IMG/VR virus record: IMGVR_UViG_3300025570_000016
Location: 1-61,506 of that record
Strand: one strand, 5' to 3'
Length of the DNA: 61,506 nucleotides
DNA from: a virus
Taxonomy: Duplodnaviria > Caudoviricetes
Shown here: positions 16,445-25,727 of the stretch, one piece after another
Position numbering within the stretch: the first letter of the stretch is position 1
How the letters are laid out: every line of letters starts with the position of its first letter
Notes under the pieces: model-generated
Databases searched by the model: none
What the model was told of the DNA's origin: nothing
Seen by the model: the letters and a program-made list of their open reading frames with translations, nothing else
Program-made: the position numbers and the translations under genes

Positions 16445-16581
16445 ATTATGATGATTTAATGACAACTTTAAAAACGTAAAATATTGGTTATCAATTACTT
16501 TGATAATAATGATAACTTTTTACTTAATTTGTAGTGAATAAAAAAAGAGAGAGAGAGATATATTATATATATATATATAGA
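16445..16581. repeat. Origin-like AT-rich element, copy 2
   Basis: Same motif order and spacing as 5869-5990. Confidence 0.65.
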
Positions 16582-16629
16582 GCGACCCTAACGAATCAAT
16601 AGTTTATTACTTTATTAAAAAAGATTTAC

Positions 16630-16637
16630 TATCTTTG
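16630..16637 (+). promoter_or_regulatory. Bacteroidota -7 box upstream of groEL
   Basis: TATCTTTG; similar intergenic TAnnTTTG boxes at 19599, 20405, 24259, 31141, 34576, 41621, 50476 (+) and 19613-19620 (-). Confidence 0.75.
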
Positions 16638-16659
16638 TGTGAAATCAAATCAAATAACA

Positions 16660-18270
16660 ATGAATCAAACAGGATACACTCCGAAAGATTTACACTTCGA
16701 TAAGGAAGGTAGAGAAAAACTATTCAGCGGTTTAGATAAAATTGCTACCGCTGTGAAGAGCACACTTGGTCCTCAAGGTAACACGGTGCTTATTGAATCA
16801 CAAGAACATACTCATGGGATGACTGTCACCAAGGATGGTGTAACTGTAGCGAAGTCAATTGCTTTGCTTGACCCTGTGGAGAATCTAGCAGTCAGAATCA
16901 TGAAGGAGGCTTCGGAGAAGACTGCTGTATCTGCGGGTGATGGAACGACTACAGCTATTGTTCTATCTGAGGCTTTGGTAAACGCAGGTGTTTTATGCAT
17001 TGATGAAGATAATAATAAAACTGCTGTTTTCAGGGAGCTAGTTAAAGCAACTAGTCATGTTGTGGACAAGTTAAAGAAAATGAGTAAGCCTGTTACTGAT
17101 AAGAAGCTAGCTAGTGTAGCTACTATATCGGCTAACAATGACCCTGCGGTTGGTAAGATTATTGCTGACGTGTATAAGGAGGTTGGTTCAAATGGTATCG
17201 TTACCGTTGAGCGCAGTCAAACTGCTCAGACCTACTACGAGACTACTAAGGGTATTAAGGTTGACAGGGGCTATACCTCTAACTTATTCATTAACAATCA
17301 CAAGAAGGACGAGTGCATACTCGAGGATACTTATGTCTTGGTTAGTGACGCTGAGATAAGTAACGTGCTACAGATTGAGAATGTTCTCAAGCCTATCATT
17401 ACTAACAACAGCAAGCTGCTTATTATTGCGCCATGCTCTACTAATGTGGTAAACACGTTGGCCGCTAACGTAATGAAGAACGGCTTAAAGATATGCGTGA
17501 TACAGCCGCCGAACTTTGGCTACAAGCAGCACGAGCTGATGAATGATATTGCATTGTCTGTTGGGGCTACCTACTACAGTGAGAAGACGGGTGATGACCT
17601 GAGCTTAATTACCGCGGATGACTTGGGTAAAGCCAAGAAGGTTATCGTGGGTAGAAACCAAACAATTGTCATCAAGGATGATGAGGTGGTGTCAGAAGAA
17701 TCTATACAGGAGCGTGTAGAGCAATTACAGGACGCTCACGAGCTTTCAATGAGTAAGGATGAGAAAGAGTTCATTCTGTCTAGGATAGCGTCTCTAACGG
17801 GCGGAATCGGCGTTATATACGTAGGTGGTAACACTGACCTAGAGCAGAAGGAGTTGCATGACCGTGTTGACGATGCTGTATGCGCAGTTCGCTCAGCTAC
17901 CGTCGAGGGTATACTACCGGGAGCGGGTATGTCTTTAGCTTACATTGCCGAGAACATCGAACTGAATCATGAGTGGGGTGCTGACAAGTTCTCTGCCTAT
18001 GAGATGCTTAAGATAGCTTTAAAAGCTCCTGCACAAACAATTCTTGAGAACGCGGGTCTTAGTTACTATGAAATGTATAGTGAGGATAAACCGAAAAAGG
18101 GGTACGGGTATGACGTTAAAAATGGCAAGCACGGTAACCTAATGAGCATGGGCGTTATTGACCCAATGAAGGTTACTAAGAGTGCGCTTCAAAATGCTGT
18201 GTCAGTAGCTGTCACACTTCTCAGCACCAACGCTATTGTGACAATGGCACGTAGCTATGAGACCAAGTAA
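16660..18270 (+). CDS. groEL: Chaperonin GroEL
   Basis: TLGPQG, TKDGVTVAK, AGDGTTTA, GVIDPMKV; no GGM tail; start at MNQT. Confidence 0.96.
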   Translation: MNQTGYTPKDLHFDKEGREKLFSGLDKIATAVKSTLGPQGNTVLIESQEHTHGMTVTKDGVTVAKSIALLDPVENLAVRIMKEASEKTAVSAGDGTTTAIVLSEALVNAGVLCIDEDNNKTAVFRELVKATSHVVDKLKKMSKPVTDKKLASVATISANNDPAVGKIIADVYKEVGSNGIVTVERSQTAQTYYETTKGIKVDRGYTSNLFINNHKKDECILEDTYVLVSDAEISNVLQIENVLKPIITNNSKLLIIAPCSTNVVNTLAANVMKNGLKICVIQPPNFGYKQHELMNDIALSVGATYYSEKTGDDLSLITADDLGKAKKVIVGRNQTIVIKDDEVVSEESIQERVEQLQDAHELSMSKDEKEFILSRIASLTGGIGVIYVGGNTDLEQKELHDRVDDAVCAVRSATVEGILPGAGMSLAYIAENIELNHEWGADKFSAYEMLKIALKAPAQTILENAGLSYYEMYSEDKPKKGYGYDVKNGKHGNLMSMGVIDPMKVTKSALQNAVSVAVTLLSTNAIVTMARSYETK

Positions 18271-18926
18271 TGGACAACAAGAAGAAGACACCCCCAAAGG
18301 GGAATGTACGGTTTAACGTAAGCTTATCGGCAGAGCAGAAGAAGGCCAAGGAGAATATTATAGCTCATGCGTTCAGCTTTGTTGTAGGTAAGGCAGGGTC
18401 GGGAAAGACCCTCCTTGCTGTACAAGTGGCTTTGGATATGTTCTTCAAGCGTCAGTACAATAAGATAATCATTACTCGGCCAACCATCGCCACTGAGGAC
18501 AATGGATTCCTGCCCGGCAACGAGAAGGAGAAGCTAGAGCCGTGGCTTGTACCTATTATGTCTAACATGCGTAAGGTGTATAACAAGCCTGACAAGATAG
18601 CTAAGATGGTTGAGCAGGAGGAGATTGAGCTAGTGTCACTAGCACACTTCCGTGGACGCACCTTTGACAATGCTGTGGTTATAGTGGATGAGTTTCAGAA
18701 CCTCACCAAGGCGCAGTTGCGTATGGCACTAGGTAGGCTAGGGAAGGACTCGATAATGATTTTCTGCGGGGACAATCAACAGATTGACCTAGGGGATGTA
18801 AACAACTCAGCGATACAAGAGCTTGCAAAGATAAAAGATAGCGACCATGTGTTCAAGGTTATCCTAGAGGACAACCACAGGCACAAAGCTATTGACGATG
18901 TACTTAAACTTTTAACAGGATACTAA
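18270..18926 (+). CDS. phoH: PhoH-like ATPase
   Basis: GKAGSGKT, ITRP, GFLPG, RGRTF, DEFQN, GDNQQID. Confidence 0.93.
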   Translation: MDNKKKTPPKGNVRFNVSLSAEQKKAKENIIAHAFSFVVGKAGSGKTLLAVQVALDMFFKRQYNKIIITRPTIATEDNGFLPGNEKEKLEPWLVPIMSNMRKVYNKPDKIAKMVEQEEIELVSLAHFRGRTFDNAVVIVDEFQNLTKAQLRMALGRLGKDSIMIFCGDNQQIDLGDVNNSAIQELAKIKDSDHVFKVILEDNHRHKAIDDVLKLLTGY

Positions 18927-19184
18927 ATGAAACCAATAGGAAAATATATTGCAATCAAAAAGGTTAAGGAAGAGATAACCACCAAGTCAGGACTACTTCT
19001 CTCAGGAGATGATGTCGATGGTATAAGATACAAGAAAGCAACAGTCGCTGAGTCGGGTACTGACGTAACTGTAATCAATAAGGGAGACACGATTTACTAT
19101 GACAGCAGAACGGGTTACACCATGTTCATTGAGGACGAGCAGTTTACTATTATTCAGGAGCACGATGTCGTTGTTGTCGTATAG
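18927..19184 (+). CDS. groES: Co-chaperonin GroES
   Basis: MKPIGKYIAI...TTKSGLLL...KGDTIYY...IQEHDVV. Confidence 0.88.
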   Translation: MKPIGKYIAIKKVKEEITTKSGLLLSGDDVDGIRYKKATVAESGTDVTVINKGDTIYYDSRTGYTMFIEDEQFTIIQEHDVVVVV

Positions 19185-19584
19185 ACTTATTTAGATTCTT
19201 TATAAAATTTCGATACACCTTATCGGTGTATTTAACATTCTTAGCGAACATAGGGTTTGCTGATTGGCTAGTGGGGATTTCTTCCCCACTTAGTTTTTTA
19301 TAGATAGAGGTGCACACTCTCTTAGCCTTGTATGACAGAACGTATACCGCCTTGGTAGGGCCGTTACGTTTTCTGAAGGTCTGTATCCATCCCTTGGCGT
19401 GTAGCCTGTCAAACCTTTTATCCTCCCAACTTAGTAGCTCATCAAACTCATTGAACTTATCCTTAGTGAAGTATCCTTCTGAGTTTAAGAATAATATTAC
19501 ATCAAGGTCTGACTGTGTTAGGCCGTACTTAGCTTTTATGAAGTATCGTATTACTCTCCAATACTTTAGGTAGTCATTATTCAT
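19150..19584 (-). CDS. Putative winged-helix DNA-binding protein, oppositely oriented in the late arm
   Basis: YGLTQSDLDVILFL...RFDRLHAKGWI...YVLSYKAK (MarR-like pattern); own promoter at 19613-19620. Confidence 0.65.
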   Translation of the reverse strand: MNNDYLKYWRVIRYFIKAKYGLTQSDLDVILFLNSEGYFTKDKFNEFDELLSWEDKRFDRLHAKGWIQTFRKRNGPTKAVYVLSYKAKRVCTSIYKKLSGEEIPTSQSANPMFAKNVKYTDKVYRNFIKNLNKSIRQQRHRAPE

Positions 19585-19626
19585 TCGATTTAATTTTGTA
19601 GATTTGTAATTACAAATATAGTAATT

Positions 19627-19911
19627 ATGAAACAACCTAGTAAGCAGAATAAATTAACTAGAGTGAGTAAGAAGATAGAGTCTTTAAAAAAGAAGTTATC
19701 GAACCCTGACACAGCATCCTCTAAGGTAAACGCTTTAAGCTCAGAGCTTAAGGCTAATAAGAAGAAGTTAAAAGATTTAAAAGGTGGTGGAAAAGGAATA
19801 ATAACATACGCAGGACCTAGGAAGACAGGTTTTGATAAGGCGTGGCAGAAGAGAACTAATGACCTAGCAAGTGTGTGGAACGGTACATACGTATCTAAAA
19901 AGAAGAAGTAG
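19627..19911 (+). CDS. Lysine-rich hypothetical protein
   Basis: ORF. Confidence 0.65.
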   Translation: MKQPSKQNKLTRVSKKIESLKKKLSNPDTASSKVNALSSELKANKKKLKDLKGGGKGIITYAGPRKTGFDKAWQKRTNDLASVWNGTYVSKKKK

Positions 19912-20391
19912 ATGACTAATATACCTGAGGGAACAAAATTTCACGGAGTAGCATCATTTGTAGACACCACCAATAGAGGGTCGGTATCCGCTAACGCTAT
20001 GCGTGACGCTTATACTATTGAGGATATAGGCTCGGCTGTAGACACTTATATTATTGAGAATGGTATAACAAAGCTTATACCTGAGTTTATAACTATAGGT
20101 CCTGACACTACTACAGTGTACACAGGTAATAGGAATATAGTGGACCTTGATTGGGTAGGCGGTTCAGGTGTTCATATATTTCAGCTACCTGCCGCAGACG
20201 CTATTCCTTATAGAGTTATACGTATTGTAAATAATTCAACGGTTACTGCTAATGATAAGGTTCACGTCTCACCTATAGTTCCTGAAACGGTTGATGGAGA
20301 CCCGTACTATGTACTTAACAAACCCTACAATGGGGTGGCAGTATGGTCTGATGGAACTAATTGGACAGTAATACAAGCTAAGTCAACTTAA
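19912..20391 (+). CDS. Virion structural / fibre-like protein
   Basis: FQLPAA...VWSDGTNWTVI C-terminal pattern of fibre and decoration domains. Confidence 0.6.
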   Translation: MTNIPEGTKFHGVASFVDTTNRGSVSANAMRDAYTIEDIGSAVDTYIIENGITKLIPEFITIGPDTTTVYTGNRNIVDLDWVGGSGVHIFQLPAADAIPYRVIRIVNNSTVTANDKVHVSPIVPETVDGDPYYVLNKPYNGVAVWSDGTNWTVIQAKST

Positions 20392-20429
20392 AATAATTTT
20401 TAGCTATCTTTGTATAAAATAATAGTATT

Positions 20430-20648
20430 ATGAAAAAGCAAGGTTACAATTCAAGATTAGATGAATCATTAGGAGCTAAGAACGGTAAGAAGTCACAGTC
20501 AATGAAAGATAGACGTGATGAGTCAAAGGCTATATCAAAGAAAGACTACGGCCACGCATACGGTGGAGACCACTCAATGTCTTACGAGCACCAATGTATT
20601 AAGGACCGCAAAGTAGGAGCACACCTAGGAGCTATAATTAAAAAGTAA
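20430..20648 (+). CDS. Small basic hypothetical protein
   Basis: KQGYNSRLDESLG. Confidence 0.65.
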   Translation: MKKQGYNSRLDESLGAKNGKKSQSMKDRRDESKAISKKDYGHAYGGDHSMSYEHQCIKDRKVGAHLGAIIKK

Positions 20649-20663
20649 CAATACAACTACCAA

Positions 20664-20825
20664 ATGAAATCAAGAGGACTAGGAGATTCAATAGAAAAGT
20701 TCACTCAGGCAACCGGTATTAAGAAGGTTGTTCAGCAGGTGGAGAAGGTTACAGGGAAAGACTGTGGCTGCGGTAAAAGAAAGGATACATTAAACAGGGC
20801 GTTCCCCTATAACAAAAACAAATAA
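20664..20825 (+). CDS. 53-aa conserved small protein (not in ORF track)
   Basis: MKSRGLGDSIEKFTQATGIKKVV...DCGCGKRKDTLN. Confidence 0.75.
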   Translation: MKSRGLGDSIEKFTQATGIKKVVQQVEKVTGKDCGCGKRKDTLNRAFPYNKNK

Positions 20826-21307
20826 TGGCATATCAAAGATTACAAGTTGGAAGGGCTTTAGGAGTAATTCCAAGTGACACTATTAACATTCCTAATGTAG
20901 CAGCAGTAGCAACTTCAGGAACAACCACTAACGCTTCAGGACCTCCCGGAGTCCTTCTTGCGGATAGCACTAAAAACTTTCCTGAGCTAGGAGTTAAGGT
21001 AGGTGATATTGTTGTTGCGGGTAACGACATTTATACTGTTACAGGCTTAGTAGGTACTAATTATGTAGAAATTTCAGGGTCAACCTCTGTATCAAGCGGT
21101 GTTTCTTACACTATATACTCACAAGCTGACAACCCAAGTAATGGTTGTACCCTTTATGTAGGGCTTGCGGGTAACCTAACTGTACAGACTGTTGGCGGTG
21201 ATGTTGTTCAGTTCACAGGAGTACCTACAGGTTCATTTATACCTGTTCATGTTCTTAAGGTTATGTCAACAGGAACAGACGCGCAGAATATTGTAGCCCT
21301 TTGGTAG
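20825..21307 (+). CDS. Putative head spike-base/decoration protein
   Basis: LYVGLAGNLTV...GSFIPVHVLKVMSTGTDAQNIVALW. Confidence 0.65.
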   Translation: MAYQRLQVGRALGVIPSDTINIPNVAAVATSGTTTNASGPPGVLLADSTKNFPELGVKVGDIVVAGNDIYTVTGLVGTNYVEISGSTSVSSGVSYTIYSQADNPSNGCTLYVGLAGNLTVQTVGGDVVQFTGVPTGSFIPVHVLKVMSTGTDAQNIVALW

Positions 21308-21308
21308 T

Positions 21309-22010
21309 ATGATAGGAACAGGTAATGGTATAGGGATAGGTGCAGGTAATGGACTACTGTCAAATACTTGGGGTGCAGGAGAGGAGCTGTTTAAGGATGG
21401 CTACTTTGTTCATATTCTTGAGCAGGTAGGTGGTGACTTTTTACGTAATCAAATTACCCAACAACTTTGGCCTGAAGGCCCCCCAAATCCAAATAGAGTT
21501 TTTAACTATTTTAGTGGTACTATAGAGAATAAGCCTTATTCAGGCAATAGCTTTTATAACACCTCAAGTACAGGTTGGGTAAGCATTCAAACAACGGGAG
21601 CTCAAGGATGGGGCGGCGGTGGATACGCTGTTGGAAGTACACCTGTTTTCGTTCCTGCAAATTTTAGTTCTTTTACATTTAATTTTCATGTAGCTCTTAA
21701 AGCAACGCAAGATTTTGCATTTCAGTTAGAGTTAGGTGGGATAAGTAATAGTCAAGCTATATTAACATTTGGCTCATCACAAGGAGGCCCTGAAGATTAT
21801 TATTTACCAAGAGACGGTAAGTGGCACTCGTTTGATATTCCTGCATCAGTTATAGTAGGAAAAGGCTACATTGCATCCAACCCCGGAAATTCCGGAACAA
21901 TAACAAACCAAGGATACCTAGCTTTTATCTTTCCCGTTAATCCTGTTGGAGGTGGGTTAGGAATAGAGGTAGATGCAACATTTTTTTATAACCCTAATGG
22001 TTCAAGATAA
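21309..22010 (+). CDS. Putative spike/carbohydrate-binding virion protein
   Basis: GIGxG N-terminus, beta-rich, RDGKWHSFDIP. Confidence 0.55.
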   Translation: MIGTGNGIGIGAGNGLLSNTWGAGEELFKDGYFVHILEQVGGDFLRNQITQQLWPEGPPNPNRVFNYFSGTIENKPYSGNSFYNTSSTGWVSIQTTGAQGWGGGGYAVGSTPVFVPANFSSFTFNFHVALKATQDFAFQLELGGISNSQAILTFGSSQGGPEDYYLPRDGKWHSFDIPASVIVGKGYIASNPGNSGTITNQGYLAFIFPVNPVGGGLGIEVDATFFYNPNGSR

Positions 22011-22059
22011 TGAATTGGGATACTAACACAACCTTCGGGGATTACGAAATTATTTACGT

Positions 22060-22356
22060 ATGATAAATAAAGCAAAGAAAGAATCGGCAATAAAGAGGGC
22101 AGGTGTTAGAGGTTTAAACAAACCTAAGAGAACACCATCTCACAAGAGTAAGTCACACGTCGTGGTTACAAACTGCAACGGGAAAATAAAGACTATACGC
22201 TTTGGTGAGCAAGGTGCTAGCACCGCAGGAAAGCCTAAGGCAGGAGAAGGAAGTAAGATGAGAGCTAAAAGAAAATCTTTCAAAGCTCGTCATGCAAAGA
22301 ATATAGCTAAAGGAAAATGCTCTGCAGCGTATTGGGCTAATAAAGAAAAATGGTAA
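22060..22356 (+). CDS. Conserved basic phage protein
   Basis: KPKRTPSH...IRFGEQG...RKSFKARH...SAAYWA. Confidence 0.75.
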   Translation: MINKAKKESAIKRAGVRGLNKPKRTPSHKSKSHVVVTNCNGKIKTIRFGEQGASTAGKPKAGEGSKMRAKRKSFKARHAKNIAKGKCSAAYWANKEKW

Positions 22357-22360
22357 GCTA

Positions 22361-22633
22361 ATGAAATTAGGAAAGGATACAGATATTAGTTTAACCTTTG
22401 AATCCCTAGGAATGGTAGGGTTTTTTATATTTAGCCTAGTAGCGATGTGGTTCACTCTGCAGAATGATATAGCAGAAGCAAAAGAGTTACCTAAACCTAC
22501 TGACCCTGAGATTACAAGGATAGAGTTTGATATGAAGGACCAACTGATTCGTCAGACTATTATGTCTACTCAGGAGGATGTATCGGAAATGAAGGATGAC
22601 ATAAAGCTCATCAAAGAAAAGCTGTATGAATAA
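22361..22633 (+). CDS. TM + coiled-coil protein
   Basis: One TM segment; similar to 23052-23396 (shared WFTL). Confidence 0.65.
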   Translation: MKLGKDTDISLTFESLGMVGFFIFSLVAMWFTLQNDIAEAKELPKPTDPEITRIEFDMKDQLIRQTIMSTQEDVSEMKDDIKLIKEKLYE

Positions 22634-22985
22634 AATTCTACTTACATTGTTTTTCTCATTAACTCCCTTAACAGCAAAGGGTCAATCCTCAATAGGGGTC
22701 GATAACTTTGATTGGGAGATACGAAGAGGTGTTACAGTAGTGGAGTTTTGGGCAGGATGGAATAGAGGGAATGAAATATTATTTCTACATGAGTTAAATA
22801 ATTGCAGGGCTTATAGACATATAATAAAAAGAGATAGGTCACTTTTAGAAAGATTTAAAGTATCCGCAGCTCCAACCTTAATAATATTTAAGAACGGAGA
22901 GGAAAAGTATAGGTTTGCCCCAAACATTATGTTAAAGGTAACCGCGACTAAAGAACAAGTACAATCAGCTGTCAACGATTTATAA
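22626..22985 (+). CDS. Secreted thioredoxin-fold protein lacking CxxC
   Basis: Signal peptide; VVEFWAGWN in place of WCxxC; APTLIIFKNGEE. Confidence 0.75.
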   Translation: MNKILLTLFFSLTPLTAKGQSSIGVDNFDWEIRRGVTVVEFWAGWNRGNEILFLHELNNCRAYRHIIKRDRSLLERFKVSAAPTLIIFKNGEEKYRFAPNIMLKVTATKEQVQSAVNDL

Positions 22986-23051
22986 TTAAAACAATGATTA
23001 CCATTTGCTCATCAGTAGTATTATCAACAGTAATATTAAGCTACGTTTATT

Positions 23052-23396
23052 GTGGAGGAAGATAAGTTAAACATATCGGAAGGCTCTAAGATTAATCTAG
23101 ATATAAAGACGCTTATCAGTATCGTCATAGGTATAGTTTCTATGGCAGGGATATGGTTTACACTGACCGCTGAGATAGCTCAACTACAATTAGATGTGGT
23201 TCGCATGCAGGATGCTGTACATCTAAACGAAGAGTTTAGAATTAAATGGCCTCGTGGTGAGATGGGTGCATTGCCTGACGACGCAAAACAAGACCTTAGA
23301 ATTTCGTATCTTCAAAAAGACGTAGATTACTTAAGAACTGTAGTCAAAGAATTAGAAATAACCCAAGCAAAAAATCAAGTAGATGAGATTAAGTAA
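23052..23396 (+). CDS. TM + coiled-coil protein (lysis-cassette associated)
   Basis: One TM segment, directly upstream of the endolysin. Confidence 0.6.
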   Translation: MEEDKLNISEGSKINLDIKTLISIVIGIVSMAGIWFTLTAEIAQLQLDVVRMQDAVHLNEEFRIKWPRGEMGALPDDAKQDLRISYLQKDVDYLRTVVKELEITQAKNQVDEIK

Positions 23397-23853
23397 GAAC
23401 TTTGTATTGTCTGAAATAACGCATAGCAATACAGCTAAAAGATTAGGGATAAAGAATGAACCTACGAAAGACCATCTTAAGAATCTCCAACTCCTTGTCA
23501 GAGGTGTGGTACAGCCTGTTCGTGATGGGGTTGGTGCTATCAGGGTTAGTAGTGGTTATCGCAACCCGACACTCAATGAGGCGATTGGCGGAAGCTCTCG
23601 CAGTCAGCATTGTAAGGGTCAAGCGGTGGACATCCAACATTGGTCAAAAGGTCAGATGGATAATAAAAAAATTTACGACTATATTCTAGATAACGATATT
23701 GAGTTCGACCAAATGATTAATGAGTTTGATTACTCGTGGATTCATATATCTTACAGTGAAACTAAGAACCGTAAGCAAGTGTTAGAGGCTTATAAGGACG
23801 ACAACAACAAGACGGCTTACAGACACCCAAGCGACAACATAAAAGCATTATGA
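23383..23853 (+). CDS. Endolysin, peptidase M15A
   Basis: SSGYR, SQHCKGQAVD, WIHIS. Confidence 0.9.
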   Translation: MRLSKNFVLSEITHSNTAKRLGIKNEPTKDHLKNLQLLVRGVVQPVRDGVGAIRVSSGYRNPTLNEAIGGSSRSQHCKGQAVDIQHWSKGQMDNKKIYDYILDNDIEFDQMINEFDYSWIHISYSETKNRKQVLEAYKDDNNKTAYRHPSDNIKAL

Positions 23854-24239
23854 TAAAAACAATTATACAAAGCCTCGTAGGACAAGCTTCTACAATTATT
23901 GACGAAGTAGTTACTACAGATGAAGAAAGAATACAGCTTAAGCAGCAATTTAAAAAAGCTGTTAAGGAGCATGAGAAAGATATGTTTGCCCTCGAGGTTA
24001 AAGACCGAGATAGTGCACGAGAGATATATAAAGATGATGCTATTATACAGAAGGTATTAGCGATAATATTTACAGTCGCTTATTTCTTTTTGTCTTACAC
24101 GATGTTTAAGTATTTTGTACTTAACACACTAGAGCTTTCAGATTACGAGATAGGATTTATTAGTACGGTGTTTGGTGCTATGAGTAGTAAGGTGAATACG
24201 ATAATTGATTTCTTCTTTGGTGGCTCTTCAAAAAAGTAA
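23850..24239 (+). CDS. Putative holin
   Basis: DRDSAR followed by two TMs and FFFGGSS; adjacent to the endolysin. Confidence 0.7.
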   Translation: MIKTIIQSLVGQASTIIDEVVTTDEERIQLKQQFKKAVKEHEKDMFALEVKDRDSAREIYKDDAIIQKVLAIIFTVAYFFLSYTMFKYFVLNTLELSDYEIGFISTVFGAMSSKVNTIIDFFFGGSSKK

Positions 24240-24285
24240 ACCATGAAAAATTAATTTGTATCTTTGCTGTACTAAATTAAATCAA

Positions 24286-24519
24286 ATGAAAAAGTTAGAA
24301 CAACAGGAGTTAGACACGCTACAAGAGTCTATGAAGAAGTACAATGAATGTAAGATGCAGTTGGGAGAAACTGTCTTACGTCAGCAAGCTTTAATGATGC
24401 AGGTTACAATGATTCAGAAAGAGTCAAAATCTTTTGAGGATTTATTGATAAAGAAGTACGGTCAAGACTCAGTGATAGATATGAAAACCGGGGAGGTAAA
24501 GCCTTCTGAAAAAAAATAA
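24286..24519 (+). CDS. Coiled-coil hypothetical protein
   Basis: KYGQDSVIDMKTGEV; start after the promoter. Confidence 0.7.
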   Translation: MKKLEQQELDTLQESMKKYNECKMQLGETVLRQQALMMQVTMIQKESKSFEDLLIKKYGQDSVIDMKTGEVKPSEKK

Positions 24520-24522
24520 GAT

Positions 24523-24777
24523 ATGCCAAAAATTAGCTCATATAACCAAGCAGCACCCGCAGAATTAACGGATAAGTTAATAGGTACAGAAACTTCAGCT
24601 CTTAATGCTACTAAAAATTTCACATTAGGTGGCGTGCTAGCTTTATTTAATAGTGCTAGTATTCCCTCAACTTTAACATCAACAGGGACTAAAGGTCAGA
24701 TTGCTGCAAACGAAACACATTTATATATATGTGTGGCCACTGATACTTGGAGAAGAGTAGCTTTATCTACATTCTAG
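24523..24777 (+). CDS. Short fibre-like structural protein
   Basis: GTKGQIA...LYICVATDTWRRVALSTF. Confidence 0.65.
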   Translation: MPKISSYNQAAPAELTDKLIGTETSALNATKNFTLGGVLALFNSASIPSTLTSTGTKGQIAANETHLYICVATDTWRRVALSTF

Positions 24778-24781
24778 AGTT

Positions 24782-25006
24782 ATGGATATTAGAAAAATAT
24801 CTGTAGGCCCTGACTACAAGTCGGGAGCTATGCATTACCTCGTAGGGCAGGATATACTTAACAGCTCTCACAAGATACATCTTATTCAGCAAGATAAGGA
24901 TTCTCAATCTATAAAAGTTTGGATTCAGAGGGAGGATGAGATTCTTCTTTGGAAAGAATTCAATTCAAATATGCCAATTTCAATCGAGTACAATATAAAT
25001 TTTTAA
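24782..25006 (+). CDS. Conserved hypothetical protein
   Basis: IRKISVGPDYKSGAMHY...WKEFN. Confidence 0.75.
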   Translation: MDIRKISVGPDYKSGAMHYLVGQDILNSSHKIHLIQQDKDSQSIKVWIQREDEILLWKEFNSNMPISIEYNINF

Positions 25007-25007
25007 G

Positions 25008-25163
25008 ATGAGCGAAGACCAAAAAGATGCCTTAGAGCAACTTAAGAAATCAGAAGAGTCAGCAAAAGATACGTTTGACTCATGGGTAAACAACTTAGAA
25101 GACCAAGAACAGCCTGATGCTTGCAGCATTGATGACGAGGACTGTGAAGCCTGTGGGTCGTAA
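25008..25163 (+). CDS. 51-aa acidic peptide ending ACSIDDEDCEACGS (not in ORF track)
   Basis: Fills the gap exactly; TAATG coupling to the next gene. Confidence 0.8.
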   Translation: MSEDQKDALEQLKKSEESAKDTFDSWVNNLEDQEQPDACSIDDEDCEACGS

Positions 25164-25726
25164 TGAAGTCTCCATTTAATTTTATTGTACGCCCTTTAGA
25201 AGGGAAGAGATATAACAACACCAAGAGTATTGGAGGGATGGAGTTTGTGGTTAGCACATCAGAGGAAGACCATAAGTTCTCTAACCGAGAGGCTATTGTT
25301 GTCGAGACACCTGTAGGATATACAGGGGATATAAAGATTGGGGATACACTGCTTGTGCACCACAACGTGTTTAAGTTCTACAACGACATGAAGGGTAGGC
25401 GTAAGAGTGGTAAGAGTTACTTTAAGGATGATTTGTTCTTTGTAGATAACGACCAATTTTATTTATACAAGCAGGATGGTAAATGGAATAGCCACGATAG
25501 GTTCTGTTTTATAGAGCCTGTAGCAGTTGTAGAAACCTTTATAGATAAGTCGTGTAAGTACGAACCCTTAATAGGTCGTGTTAAGTACCCTAACGATTAC
25601 TTAAAGTCAAAGGACATAAAGGAAGGTGACTTGGTTACCTTCAGTCCTGATAGTGAGTACGAGTTTAAGGTAGATGATAAAACCCTTTACAGAGTATTCG
25701 ACCATCAGGTAACCATGAAGCTATAG
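25163..25726 (+). CDS. Tandem GroES-like protein
   Basis: Two units with FIVRP/FIEP...IKIGD/IKEGD GroES-like strands. Confidence 0.6.
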   Translation: MKSPFNFIVRPLEGKRYNNTKSIGGMEFVVSTSEEDHKFSNREAIVVETPVGYTGDIKIGDTLLVHHNVFKFYNDMKGRRKSGKSYFKDDLFFVDNDQFYLYKQDGKWNSHDRFCFIEPVAVVETFIDKSCKYEPLIGRVKYPNDYLKSKDIKEGDLVTFSPDSEYEFKVDDKTLYRVFDHQVTMKL

Positions 25727-25727
25727 T

